Origin: an uncultured bacterium
GTDB lineage: Bacteria > Actinomycetota > Acidimicrobiia > Spongiisociales > UBA5794
Assembly (NCBI GenBank): GCA_963801165.1
Contig: CAWDDT010000005.1
Coordinates: forward strand, 320,001 to 384,000
DNA length: 64,000 bases
Direction of reading: 5' to 3'
How positions within the stretch are numbered: position 1 is the first letter of the stretch; each line of letters starts with the position of its first letter. The position numbers and the translations under genes were made by a program. Shown here in pieces: positions 55,655 to 64,000 of the stretch. The notes below the pieces were generated by a model. It did no database searches. It was not told the origin of the DNA and saw only the letters and a program-made list of their open reading frames with translations.

Positions 55655-56788
55655 CTAGCCCCAGACGACACCGAGCTCGCCGCTCAGGACCATGGCGGCG
55701 GCTCCGAGAACAACTCCCGACGATCCCAGGCGTGTCGTGGTCACCTCGGGACACCAACCGGCTCGCGACGCGATGCCCTTTGCGACATGATCGGGAACCG
55801 ACGCCCACTCGCCCATCTGGCCACCGACCACCACCCGGTCGGCATCGACCGCCATGACAATCGGCGCCAGCGCCTCCCCCAGGTACTCGGCTGCCCGATC
55901 GATCCCGGGTGTCGTCTCGACCGCCAGCCGTTTCCTGGCCTCGGTGCTGATATCGAGTTGATCCGCGCCCAGAATCTCGATCATGGACACCCGTGACCCG
56001 AGGCAGCCTTCTTGCCCACAGCCGCACGCATCTCGCCACCCGGGCATACGCAGGTGGGTGAGATCGCCACCATGGGTCGGAGTGGGGTTGAGCCGATCGT
56101 TGGTGACGAGCGCCACCGAGATCCGATCGTCCACTTTCACATACACCATCCGGCCGAGAGGGTCCGACCCGGTGCGGCCAACTTCAGCTGCGGCGGCAGC
56201 CTCGGCGTCGCCCACGACATAGCAGGGCAGGCCGTACACGTCCTCGAGCTCGTCACGTAGGGGGGCGTCGAACCATTCCAGCTGTGCGGCAGCGACGATG
56301 TGACCATCGGCGGCGACGGTGCCCGGCACACCCAATCCGATGCCGAGCGCCGGCGTGGTCGCCGTCCCCATCAGGTCGGCAATGACACGGTGCAGCTCCT
56401 GCATTGCGACCCGGCCGACCGCGGCAAGGGTCTTACCGGTAGCCCGCGCCTCGATCCGACCCCGCAGGTTCAGCAGTGCCGCCTCGATCGGATGTCGCGA
56501 CAGATCAACGGCCAGAGTGACCCGACCGGCCGGGTCGAGCTCGAGCATCGTGGGGGGCTTACCACCGGTCGATTGTCCTGGCCCGGACTCCACTATGAGT
56601 CCCTGACCAATCAGGTCGGCAGCGATCTCCGAGACGGTTGCCCGGCCCAGCCCCGTAGCCCGGGCGAGATCGGCCCGACTGATCGGTCCCGCGTCGAACA
56701 CGCTCTGCAGCAGCAGCCGGCGATTGCTGCGTCTGGTTTCCTCGTGCAGGGTCTTGCCCTGCGGGTGGAGCCCCGGAGTGAGAGTCAT
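55655..56788 (-). CDS. ROK-family transcriptional regulator
   Basis: ISRADLARATGL HTH, GGKPP, GLGVPG, CGCGQEGCL. Confidence 0.9.
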   Translation of the reverse strand: MTLTPGLHPQGKTLHEETRRSNRRLLLQSVFDAGPISRADLARATGLGRATVSEIAADLIGQGLIVESGPGQSTGGKPPTMLELDPAGRVTLAVDLSRHPIEAALLNLRGRIEARATGKTLAAVGRVAMQELHRVIADLMGTATTPALGIGLGVPGTVAADGHIVAAAQLEWFDAPLRDELEDVYGLPCYVVGDAEAAAAAEVGRTGSDPLGRMVYVKVDDRISVALVTNDRLNPTPTHGGDLTHLRMPGWRDACGCGQEGCLGSRVSMIEILGADQLDISTEARKRLAVETTPGIDRAAEYLGEALAPIVMAVDADRVVVGGQMGEWASVPDHVAKGIASRAGWCPEVTTTRLGSSGVVLGAAAMVLSGELGVVWG

Positions 56789-56806
56789 TGTCTTGGGTCG
56801 ACAAGC

Positions 56807-56835
56807 AAACGGCGCCCGGATTCCGGGCGCCGTTT
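56807..56835 (-). terminator. Terminator hairpin after msiK
   Basis: Perfect 13-bp stem AAACGGCGCCCGG-ATT-CCGGGCGCCGTTT. Confidence 0.75.
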
Positions 56836-56852
56836 CTCATCGTGACCGTTGG

Positions 56853-58064
56853 CTACGCTTTGGCGCCTATCCGCGTGCCTGTGGACGGATCGAAGAAGTG
56901 CATCTTCGAAGTGTCCACGGTGACCGTGATCTGCTCTCCGAGCGACACCGGCACATCCGAGCTGACACGGGCCGTGAACTTGGTCGTGTTACCCAGCGAG
57001 GACACGTCGGCACCGGTGTCGGCGAGGAGTTCCTCGATATCGGGGGTCACCACAGGGGTAACTTCGAGCTCGAAGTGCACGTACGTCTCGGAACCGAGAA
57101 TCTCCGCAACGGTCACCGTGGCGGTGATGGTCCGGTCCTGGGCGGGGCCGGTGATGGACTCGGCCTCGAAGTTGCCCGGACGAATGCCCATGACGAGCGG
57201 CTTGCCTACCCAGTCGCGGAGACCGGGGTGCCGTTCGATGGCGGCTGCGTCGACAACGACACGCTCGTTGGCGAACTTCACGTATAGGCCGGTGGCATCG
57301 GTTTCGAGAGTCGCGTTGGCCATGTTCATGGCAGGGCTGCCGATGAAACCTGCGACGAACATGTTCACCGGATTGGAATACAGCTCGGTCGGTGAGGCAA
57401 CCTGCTGGAGGTTGTCCGGTCGGGCCGCGCTGACCGGCTTGAGAACAGCAACCCTGTGACCGAGGGTCATTGCCTCGATCTGATCGTGGGTCACATAGAC
57501 GGTGGTGGTGCGGAGACGATTGTGTAGCTCGCTCAGTTCGGTCCGCATCTGGACGCGCAGCTTCGCATCGAGGTTCGACAAGGGCTCGTCCATGAGAAAA
57601 GCCTTTGGCTCGCGAACGATGGCGCGGCCCATCGCGACACGCTGCCGCTGCCCTCCGGAAAGAGCCTTCGGCTTGCGGTCGAGGAAGTCGGTGATCTCGA
57701 GTACCTGGGCGGCTTCCTTGACACGACGATCGATCTCGTCCTTGTCCATCTTCCGCAGCTTCAGACCGAATGCCATGTTGTCGTACACCGTCATGTGCGG
57801 GTACAGGGCATAGTTCTGGAACACCATGGCGATGTCGCGGTCCTTAGGCTGAACGTCATTGACGAGGGTCTCGCCGATGTACATCTCGCCTTCCGAGATC
57901 TCCTCGAGCCCGGCGATCATCCGCAGGATCGTGGACTTGCCACAACCCGACGGGCCCACCAGCACGAGGAACTCACCGTCTTTGATCTCGAGATCGACGT
58001 CACCGACGGCGCGGGTGCCGTCCGGATAGATCTTTCCGAGATCCTTCATCGTGATACTTGCCAT
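56853..58064 (-). CDS. msiK: Shared sugar ABC ATP-binding protein (MsiK/MalK)
   Basis: [47 protein letters not shown]; no adjacent permeases. Confidence 0.9.
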   Translation of the reverse strand: MASITMKDLGKIYPDGTRAVGDVDLEIKDGEFLVLVGPSGCGKSTILRMIAGLEEISEGEMYIGETLVNDVQPKDRDIAMVFQNYALYPHMTVYDNMAFGLKLRKMDKDEIDRRVKEAAQVLEITDFLDRKPKALSGGQRQRVAMGRAIVREPKAFLMDEPLSNLDAKLRVQMRTELSELHNRLRTTTVYVTHDQIEAMTLGHRVAVLKPVSAARPDNLQQVASPTELYSNPVNMFVAGFIGSPAMNMANATLETDATGLYVKFANERVVVDAAAIERHPGLRDWVGKPLVMGIRPGNFEAESITGPAQDRTITATVTVAEILGSETYVHFELEVTPVVTPDIEELLADTGADVSSLGNTTKFTARVSSDVPVSLGEQITVTVDTSKMHFFDPSTGTRIGAKA

Positions 58065-58245
58065 AACCCCTCTCTAGGTCGACGGCTTTGATCGGAACCC
58101 ATACTAAGTCCTTTGCACCAAGATTGCACATCGATTGTCGTGGGGCGCCCGAGGACCAATCGACCCCACCGGACGTCGCCTCGCCGAACCATCTTCGGGA
58201 CGAATGCCCCTATGAGGGGGACCGGCTGGGGGAGAAGATTCTGGT

Positions 58246-59091
58246 ATGCAACGCCGTTTTTACGACTGTCACACTCATCTGTTCCCGACAGATCGCATGG
58301 ACGGATTGATGCGTTGGGTCCATCGCGCCGTATTGCATTTCGATGTCCCGATAGACATCACTGCCGAACAGGCTGTCACCGATCTCCTCGATGCCGGCGC
58401 TGTCGGCCTGGCGAATCTCCTGTTTCCGCTCAGCCCCGACGAGGCACCCGGTCTCCATGCCTGGGGACGCCAACTGGCGGACCGATTCCCCGAGGTCGTA
58501 CCGTTTGGCGGAGTCCACGTAGACGACCAGAACCCGCTCGGCGTGGTGCAGGAAGCGGTCGAGGTCTACCACATGGCGGGTTTGAAGTTCCACCCGATGG
58601 TGCAGGGTTTCTACCCGTGGCACCCGCGTCTGGCGGCGGTGTTGTCGTATCTGAATAGCCGTGGGCTGCCCATGTACGTGCACACCGGCTATGACAAGTG
58701 GTACGGCTTCGAGTACGACCGAGTCGGGCTCGAGGAAATGCTCGATCGCTATCCGGAGCTGCCGGTGGTGCTGTCCCACGTCGGTTTCCCCGATCTCAAG
58801 TGGGGATTCGCATTGGCGGATCGGTTCCCTCAGGTGTGGCTCGATCTCACCAACCTCCCCGGATCGTTCGATTGGTCGAACTCCCCGTCCGAGCTGGTCA
58901 ACATGTTCCAAACCGGAGTAGGCCTGTTCTCCGACCGAGTATTGCTGGGAACCGACTACCCGGCAGGGATCGGAACACTGGACGAGATCTTCACGCAGCT
59001 CGAGTCGATCGGTCTCGACGACGGCCTCGTAGAGCACGTGCTGGTGACCAGTCCCGAGAGGTTCTTCACCCGCTTTGGGAGTCGGGGCTGA
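58246..59091 (+). CDS. Amidohydrolase family 2 protein
   Basis: DCHTH, GLKFHP, HTG, LSHVG, GTDYP. Confidence 0.88.
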   Translation: MQRRFYDCHTHLFPTDRMDGLMRWVHRAVLHFDVPIDITAEQAVTDLLDAGAVGLANLLFPLSPDEAPGLHAWGRQLADRFPEVVPFGGVHVDDQNPLGVVQEAVEVYHMAGLKFHPMVQGFYPWHPRLAAVLSYLNSRGLPMYVHTGYDKWYGFEYDRVGLEEMLDRYPELPVVLSHVGFPDLKWGFALADRFPQVWLDLTNLPGSFDWSNSPSELVNMFQTGVGLFSDRVLLGTDYPAGIGTLDEIFTQLESIGLDDGLVEHVLVTSPERFFTRFGSRG

Positions 59092-60082
59092 CCGGCATCG
59101 TCGAGGTACGGGCGATCAGCTCCAGGGGAAGCTCGACCTCCTCGGCGGTTCGCACCTTCGTCTGCATCTGCTCGACCAGCATCCGCACCCCTCGTGCCCC
59201 TGATTCGTAAAGTGGCTGACGCACCGTGCTGAGACCGAGATGCTCGGCGATCTCGAGGTCGTCGAATCCGATCACCGATAGATCCTCCGGCACCCGCACC
59301 CCGTGCGCTCTCGCCGTCTCGGCCACGATCATGGCGTGCGAGTCGGCCGAGGCGACGATGGCGGTAGGTGGTTCGGTGAGCGCGAGGAGCGCCTCGGTGG
59401 CTGCCCGGGTCACCATATGGTCGTGCGGGCCGGTTCGCACGTACGCCCCGGGTATCTCGACGCCGGCATCGGCCATCGTCTTCAAGTAGCCGACGCGGCG
59501 TTTTGCGGTTGGCCGGAAACCAATGGTGTCCTCCCAGTCACCGACAAACGCAATCCGTTTGTGCCCGAGCGCGAGCAGATGCTCGGTCGCCATCCTCCCG
59601 CCCCGCTCATCGTCGACGTAGAGCCCTGAGATGCCCGGTAGCCGGCCGTCGACTACAACAACAGGCACCGGATTGTCGGCCAGGGTGGCAATTTCCTCAT
59701 CGTCCGGCTTGATCGACACGAGAAGACCGCCGGCGCATCGGTCGGGCCGGAGCAGACCACGGACCTGATCGCGATAGTCGTCGACGCTGTTGACATTGTG
59801 CAGGATCACGTCGAACCCGGCCTGGGAAGCAACATCGAGGATGCCCCTGAGCCGTTGCAGGGCAGACGCCGACGTCATGCGCTGTACGACCGCGGCGAGC
59901 ACGCCCGCAGTTCCGATGGAGAGACCGCGCGCAAGCGCGCTGGGGCGGTAGTTCATCTCCTCGATGACGGCGAGCACCCGGGCACGGGTGCGGTCGCTGA
60001 CGAGGGGGCTGTTGTTGAGGACCCGGGATACGGTCCCCACCCCTACCCCGGCCCTGGCGGCGACATCCGCGATGGTTGCCAT
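59066..60082 (-). CDS. LacI-family transcriptional regulator
   Basis: TIADVAARAGVGVGTVSRVLN, VPEDLSVIGFDD, LSTVRQP; RBS AGGAG. Confidence 0.94.
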   Translation of the reverse strand: MATIADVAARAGVGVGTVSRVLNNSPLVSDRTRARVLAVIEEMNYRPSALARGLSIGTAGVLAAVVQRMTSASALQRLRGILDVASQAGFDVILHNVNSVDDYRDQVRGLLRPDRCAGGLLVSIKPDDEEIATLADNPVPVVVVDGRLPGISGLYVDDERGGRMATEHLLALGHKRIAFVGDWEDTIGFRPTAKRRVGYLKTMADAGVEIPGAYVRTGPHDHMVTRAATEALLALTEPPTAIVASADSHAMIVAETARAHGVRVPEDLSVIGFDDLEIAEHLGLSTVRQPLYESGARGVRMLVEQMQTKVRTAEEVELPLELIARTSTMPVSPDSQSG

Positions 60083-60089
60083 GGCACTC

Positions 60090-60105
60090 CTGGAACTGGT
60101 TCCAG
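60090..60105. promoter_or_regulatory. LacI-type operator (autoregulatory)
   Basis: CTGGAAC-TG-GTTCCAG palindrome abutting the lacI RBS. Confidence 0.7.
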
Positions 60106-60255
60106 CACGGTAGCAGCTATACACTTCTGGCCTTCTGGACGTTCGTGTGGTGGGAGACGCGGCCAAGCCCCCTCTATGGGGTGGAGGAAAGAGGAACGAG
60201 TGAGCGTCACTGCAACCTCAACGTAGACAGTGTCTCCCTCCGGTACAGTCCCGGG

Positions 60256-61107
60256 ATGACCTTGCGCACCCTGGCTCTCGGCGGCATCGCCTGGAACACC
60301 ATGGTCTACCTCGACCGTTTCCCCGAGCCCCGCCCCCAGACCGTGTTCGCCCGCGGCAGTCACACCACGGTGGGGTCGAGCGGTGCCGGCAAGGCCCTCA
60401 ACTTTGCCAGCCTGGGGGCGCACTCGTCACTGTGGGGTCTGGTCGGTGACGACGAGCCGGGCGACCGGGTTCGCGAGTACCTGGCAGCGCACGGCGTCGA
60501 GCTCATCCCCGAGGTCGATCCGCTGGGGACGATGCGTCACGTCAACCTCATGGACACCGCAGGCGAGCGGATCTCGATCTTCGCCAACCCGGGATCGCAT
60601 GAGTTCCCTGTCGACGTCGAGAAGATCAGGCCGGTTGCGCGCACAGCCGATGTTGTCTCCGTCACGATCATGAACTACGGCCGGGCGTTCCTGCCGATGT
60701 TGCAGGGCATGGGCAAGCCCATCTGGATCGACATCCACGACTACGACGGGGTCAACCTCCACCACCAGGAGTTCATCGAGGCGGCCGACTTTCTCTTCAT
60801 GAGCTCCCAGCTTCATCCTGGCTGGCGCGGCTTCCTCGAGGACCGGGTGGGTGCGGGAACGACGGTTGCCGTAGCAACCCACGGTGCCGCAGGCGCCAGC
60901 GGGATCACAGCAAGCGAAGGTTGGATCGAGGTGGAGGCGTTGCCTCCCCGGCAGATGGTCGACACGAACGGAGCCGGTGACGCGTTCTTCGCCGGCTTCG
61001 CCGTCGAGTGGATGGGCCGGGCCAACCTGCGGGCTGCTCTCGAGGCAGGCGCGTTGCACGCCTCTCAGGCCGTAGCCTCACCGGATCTGGCACCGCCGCA
61101 TCCTTAG
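60256..61107 (+). CDS. PfkB-family carbohydrate kinase
   Basis: VGSSGAGKALN, THGAAG, DTNGAGDAF; TACAGT 6 nt before ATG. Confidence 0.88.
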   Translation: MTLRTLALGGIAWNTMVYLDRFPEPRPQTVFARGSHTTVGSSGAGKALNFASLGAHSSLWGLVGDDEPGDRVREYLAAHGVELIPEVDPLGTMRHVNLMDTAGERISIFANPGSHEFPVDVEKIRPVARTADVVSVTIMNYGRAFLPMLQGMGKPIWIDIHDYDGVNLHHQEFIEAADFLFMSSQLHPGWRGFLEDRVGAGTTVAVATHGAAGASGITASEGWIEVEALPPRQMVDTNGAGDAFFAGFAVEWMGRANLRAALEAGALHASQAVASPDLAPPHP

Positions 61108-61444
61108 CTCGAGACACCGGGCTCACCCACACCGCCCCGGTGACGAGGCCGACGGACCGGTCGCCGATGGTCGAGCTCGTTTCAATGTATGTAACGCTGT
61201 GTGGTCGTCTTGCTGCTGACCGAACACGGGTAGTAAGCACCTTCACATGGCCCGTGGCACGTCAGCCGATCGACTGCGGACTGGTCAATCTACAGTATCT
61301 CGCTGTACGTTCAGCAGATTGGACGGGTACGTGGGGGCCGCGATCGGCTCGCCGAATCGTCACCCATCTTCCCGCCCACTGCGCTCAGAGGCGCGCCGGA
61401 TCGGGCAGGGGCTGCCCGATGGGGAATATAGGAAGGTGGGAACG

Positions 61445-64000
61445 ATGAGCATTTCTGCTCTAAGACGTTGGCGAAGCAGTCTCGCTGCAACATGCACGAT
61501 GACGCTGCTCGCCGCCCTAATGGCGTTCGTCGGGGTGAGCCCGGCCAACGCGGCAACTGAGGTGAGCTTCTCGGGCACAGAGCTACTCGGCACGCCAACA
61601 GATACATCGATTGCGATCAACGTGGTGCCCGATGCGAACATCGACCTGTACTACGAGTACGGGACAAGCCCCGGCACATACACGGCCAGCACCTCAACGG
61701 AGTTGGCCGTTGCCGACCAGCCTCACGAGACGACCGTCTCTGGCTTGAGCCCGGACACCCGGTACTACTACAGAATGCAGTACCAGATCCCTGGCGACAG
61801 CGGGTGGGTCGTGCGTGACGAGCACACGTTCCACACTGCCCGTGCCTCGGGGGAGGACTTCGTCTTCACCGTGACATCGGACTCGCACCTCGGGATGATG
61901 GGTTCCTCGGCAACCTACGAGAACACAACGCTGAATGTTGCTGCCGATCAGCCGGACCTCAGTTTCGACCTGGGCGACACGTTCATCACCAACAACACAT
62001 CCAGCCAGGCGGACGTCGACCAGGTCTATCTGACCCAAAGGCCGTACATCGGCAACTACGGCGACTCGACGCCGGTGTTCTTGACGCCGGGAAACCATGA
62101 GAACGAAGAGGGGTGGAACTGGGACGACTCGCCGTTCAGCAAGGCAGTGGCCAGCATTCAGGCTCGCAAGGCGCTCTATCCCACGCCAAACCCAACGACG
62201 CCCGGTAGCTTCTACACCACCGACAGCGTGGTGCATCCGGAGATCGCCGGCGACGGCTATGCAGAGGGCTACTACGCGTTCGAATGGGGCGACGCCCTCT
62301 TCGTCGTGATCAATCCATTCCACTTCACCATGACGAACCCGTATGGCGCAACAGCCGGCGAGGACAACGACGAGGTCGTCTCCGGCGACCAGTGGGTGTG
62401 GACCCTGGGTGCCGACCAGTACAACTGGCTCAAGCAGACACTTCAGAACAGCGATGCCCCGTTCAAGTTCGTGTTCTCACACCAAGTCACCGGCGGTCAG
62501 TTGGTGACCGGCGGGTCGGCGGGTGCCCCTTCGTACGTACGGGGTGGCGCCAACGCCGCCGACTACTGGGAGTGGGGTGGCCACGACGGCACGGGCGCCT
62601 ATACGTTCGACACCGAGCGCCCCGGATGGGGAGAGCCGATCCAGGACCTGTTCGTGGACAATGGCGTGACCGCCTACTTCCACGGCCACGACCACCAGTA
62701 CGCCTATGAGATAGTCGACGGTGTCGTGTACCAGTCGATGCCTTCGGCGAGCATGACCGATAGCAACGGATTCAACCTCTACTCCGAGAGTGATCCGGAG
62801 ACCTACAAGGTGCTCCCGAGCGCCGGTTACTTGCGTGTCACCGTCTCGCCCACAACCGGGCTGGCGACGGCCGACTACGTGCGATCCAGCTCCACAGGTG
62901 GGGGCATCAACGGCACCGTGTCGTACACCTATACGATGGCCGAAGGTGAAGAGTCTGCCAGCCCGATCCTGTACCGGGTCAACGCTGGTGGGTCTACGCT
63001 CACAGGTCTGTCCGGCCCCGACTATGTGGGGATCAGCGCCGACGGCACCACCGGTGGAATCACAGTCAGTGGCACGACCTCGAACTCGACCACCAACGCG
63101 GTAGATCTCTCCGGCGTGTCGCTGGATCTCGGCTCCGCGGCGGCCGAGGATCTGTTCCAGTCCACCCTGTACACCACCAGCTCGATGTCATGGGCATTTG
63201 ATGTACCGGACGGCAACTACGACGTGAAGCTGTACATGATCGAGCAGCAGGCCAACTTCGAACCCGGCGACCGCGTGTTCGACGTGTCATTCGAGGGCGA
63301 CGTCCTGCTCGACGACTTCGATGTGCTGGCAAACAACGGTGGCGTCGCCATGAAGGCGTATACCGAGACCGTCCCGGTCACGGTGAGCGACGGCGAGCTC
63401 AACATCGACTTCACCAACGGCGTGAGCTACGCCAACGTCCGCGGTATCGAGGTCATTCAGACAGAGGGACCGGATGAGACACCGCCTGTGATCACCCTGA
63501 GCGGCGCTGCCGAGATGTGGGTCGAGGTTGGTGGTTCATTCGTCGACCCCGGGGCAACTGCCTACGACGCCGTCGACGGCAGCGTTCTTGTTGTGGTGGG
63601 TGGCGACACCGTCGACACCTCGACCATCGGTGACTATGTGATCACCTACAACGCCGTCGACGCTGCAGACAACCACGCCATCGAGAAGACGCGAACCCTC
63701 CACGTCACGCCCGAGACCGGCATTGTCTATCGCGTCAATGCGGGCGGTTCCACCCTCGCCTCTACCTACGGACCATCGTTCACCGGTATCAGCGGTGACG
63801 GCACGTCCGGTGGCATCACGGTGAGCGGGACCACCTCTAACTCGACCACAGAGGCGGTCAACCTGTCCGCGGTCGACCTCGATCTGACCGACGCCAACGC
63901 CGAGGACCTGTTCCAAAGCACGCTGTACACGACTGACTCCATGTCGTTTGGCTTCGACGTCGCCAACGGGATCTACCAGGTCAAGCTGCACCTCATCGAG
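61445..64000 (+). CDS. Secreted purple-acid-phosphatase-like metallophosphoesterase with malectin-like and DUF5011 Ig-like domains, 3'-truncated, not in ORF track
   Basis: Hand translation: signal peptide (..PANA), FN3-like domain, SDSH/LGD/GNHE/FSH/HGHDH, two YRVNAGG repeats, TPPVITL..DPGATA; open to window end. Confidence 0.85.
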   Translation, partial: MSISALRRWRSSLAATCTMTLLAALMAFVGVSPANAATEVSFSGTELLGTPTDTSIAINVVPDANIDLYYEYGTSPGTYTASTSTELAVADQPHETTVSGLSPDTRYYYRMQYQIPGDSGWVVRDEHTFHTARASGEDFVFTVTSDSHLGMMGSSATYENTTLNVAADQPDLSFDLGDTFITNNTSSQADVDQVYLTQRPYIGNYGDSTPVFLTPGNHENEEGWNWDDSPFSKAVASIQARKALYPTPNPTTPGSFYTTDSVVHPEIAGDGYAEGYYAFEWGDALFVVINPFHFTMTNPYGATAGEDNDEVVSGDQWVWTLGADQYNWLKQTLQNSDAPFKFVFSHQVTGGQLVTGGSAGAPSYVRGGANAADYWEWGGHDGTGAYTFDTERPGWGEPIQDLFVDNGVTAYFHGHDHQYAYEIVDGVVYQSMPSASMTDSNGFNLYSESDPETYKVLPSAGYLRVTVSPTTGLATADYVRSSSTGGGINGTVSYTYTMAEGEESASPILYRVNAGGSTLTGLSGPDYVGISADGTTGGITVSGTTSNSTTNAVDLSGVSLDLGSAAAEDLFQSTLYTTSSMSWAFDVPDGNYDVKLYMIEQQANFEPGDRVFDVSFEGDVLLDDFDVLANNGGVAMKAYTETVPVTVSDGELNIDFTNGVSYANVRGIEVIQTEGPDETPPVITLSGAAEMWVEVGGSFVDPGATAYDAVDGSVLVVVGGDTVDTSTIGDYVITYNAVDAADNHAIEKTRTLHVTPETGIVYRVNAGGSTLASTYGPSFTGISGDGTSGGITVSGTTSNSTTEAVNLSAVDLDLTDANAEDLFQSTLYTTDSMSFGFDVANGIYQVKLHLIE

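Noticed and set aside
58113-58140. TTGCAC direct repeat and ATCGAT-centred operator upstream of msiK
   Set aside because: Symmetry is weak beyond six bases and it does not match the 60090 operator; could be real but I cannot support it
61108-61444. Riboswitch or PHO box in the long region before the phosphoesterase
   Set aside because: Only a short hairpin (ATCGGGCAG/CTGCCCGAT, 61400-61420) seen; no recognisable aptamer or 11-bp GTTCA repeats

Overview
A high-GC actinobacterial chromosomal segment, probably Acidimicrobiia-like (bS22, PAC2, MsiK, many leaderless genes), with no integrase, transposase, prophage or CRISPR array visible. It holds housekeeping genes (carAB, thrB, dcd, cfa, tRNA-Gly, P-type ATPases, several ABC transporters) and three broken genes: a frameshifted Eis-like GNAT, an internally deleted phzF, and an iolC/aldolase remnant. 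It also has REP-like palindromes and a candidate sRNA near 55.4-55.5 kb. The most striking region is 32.9-44.8 kb, an apparently self-contained cyclic-nucleotide/two-component module. Two adjacent membrane histidine kinases have complementary defects: one keeps the phospho-His but has lost the ATP-binding boxes, the other has lost the His but keeps them. The module also includes a receiver-HTH-class III cyclase fusion with Gln at the substrate-specifying position, a divergent cNMP-binding protein plus MBL hydrolase, two more response regulators and a shared palindromic operator. All calls are by eye from motifs; no database searches were run.
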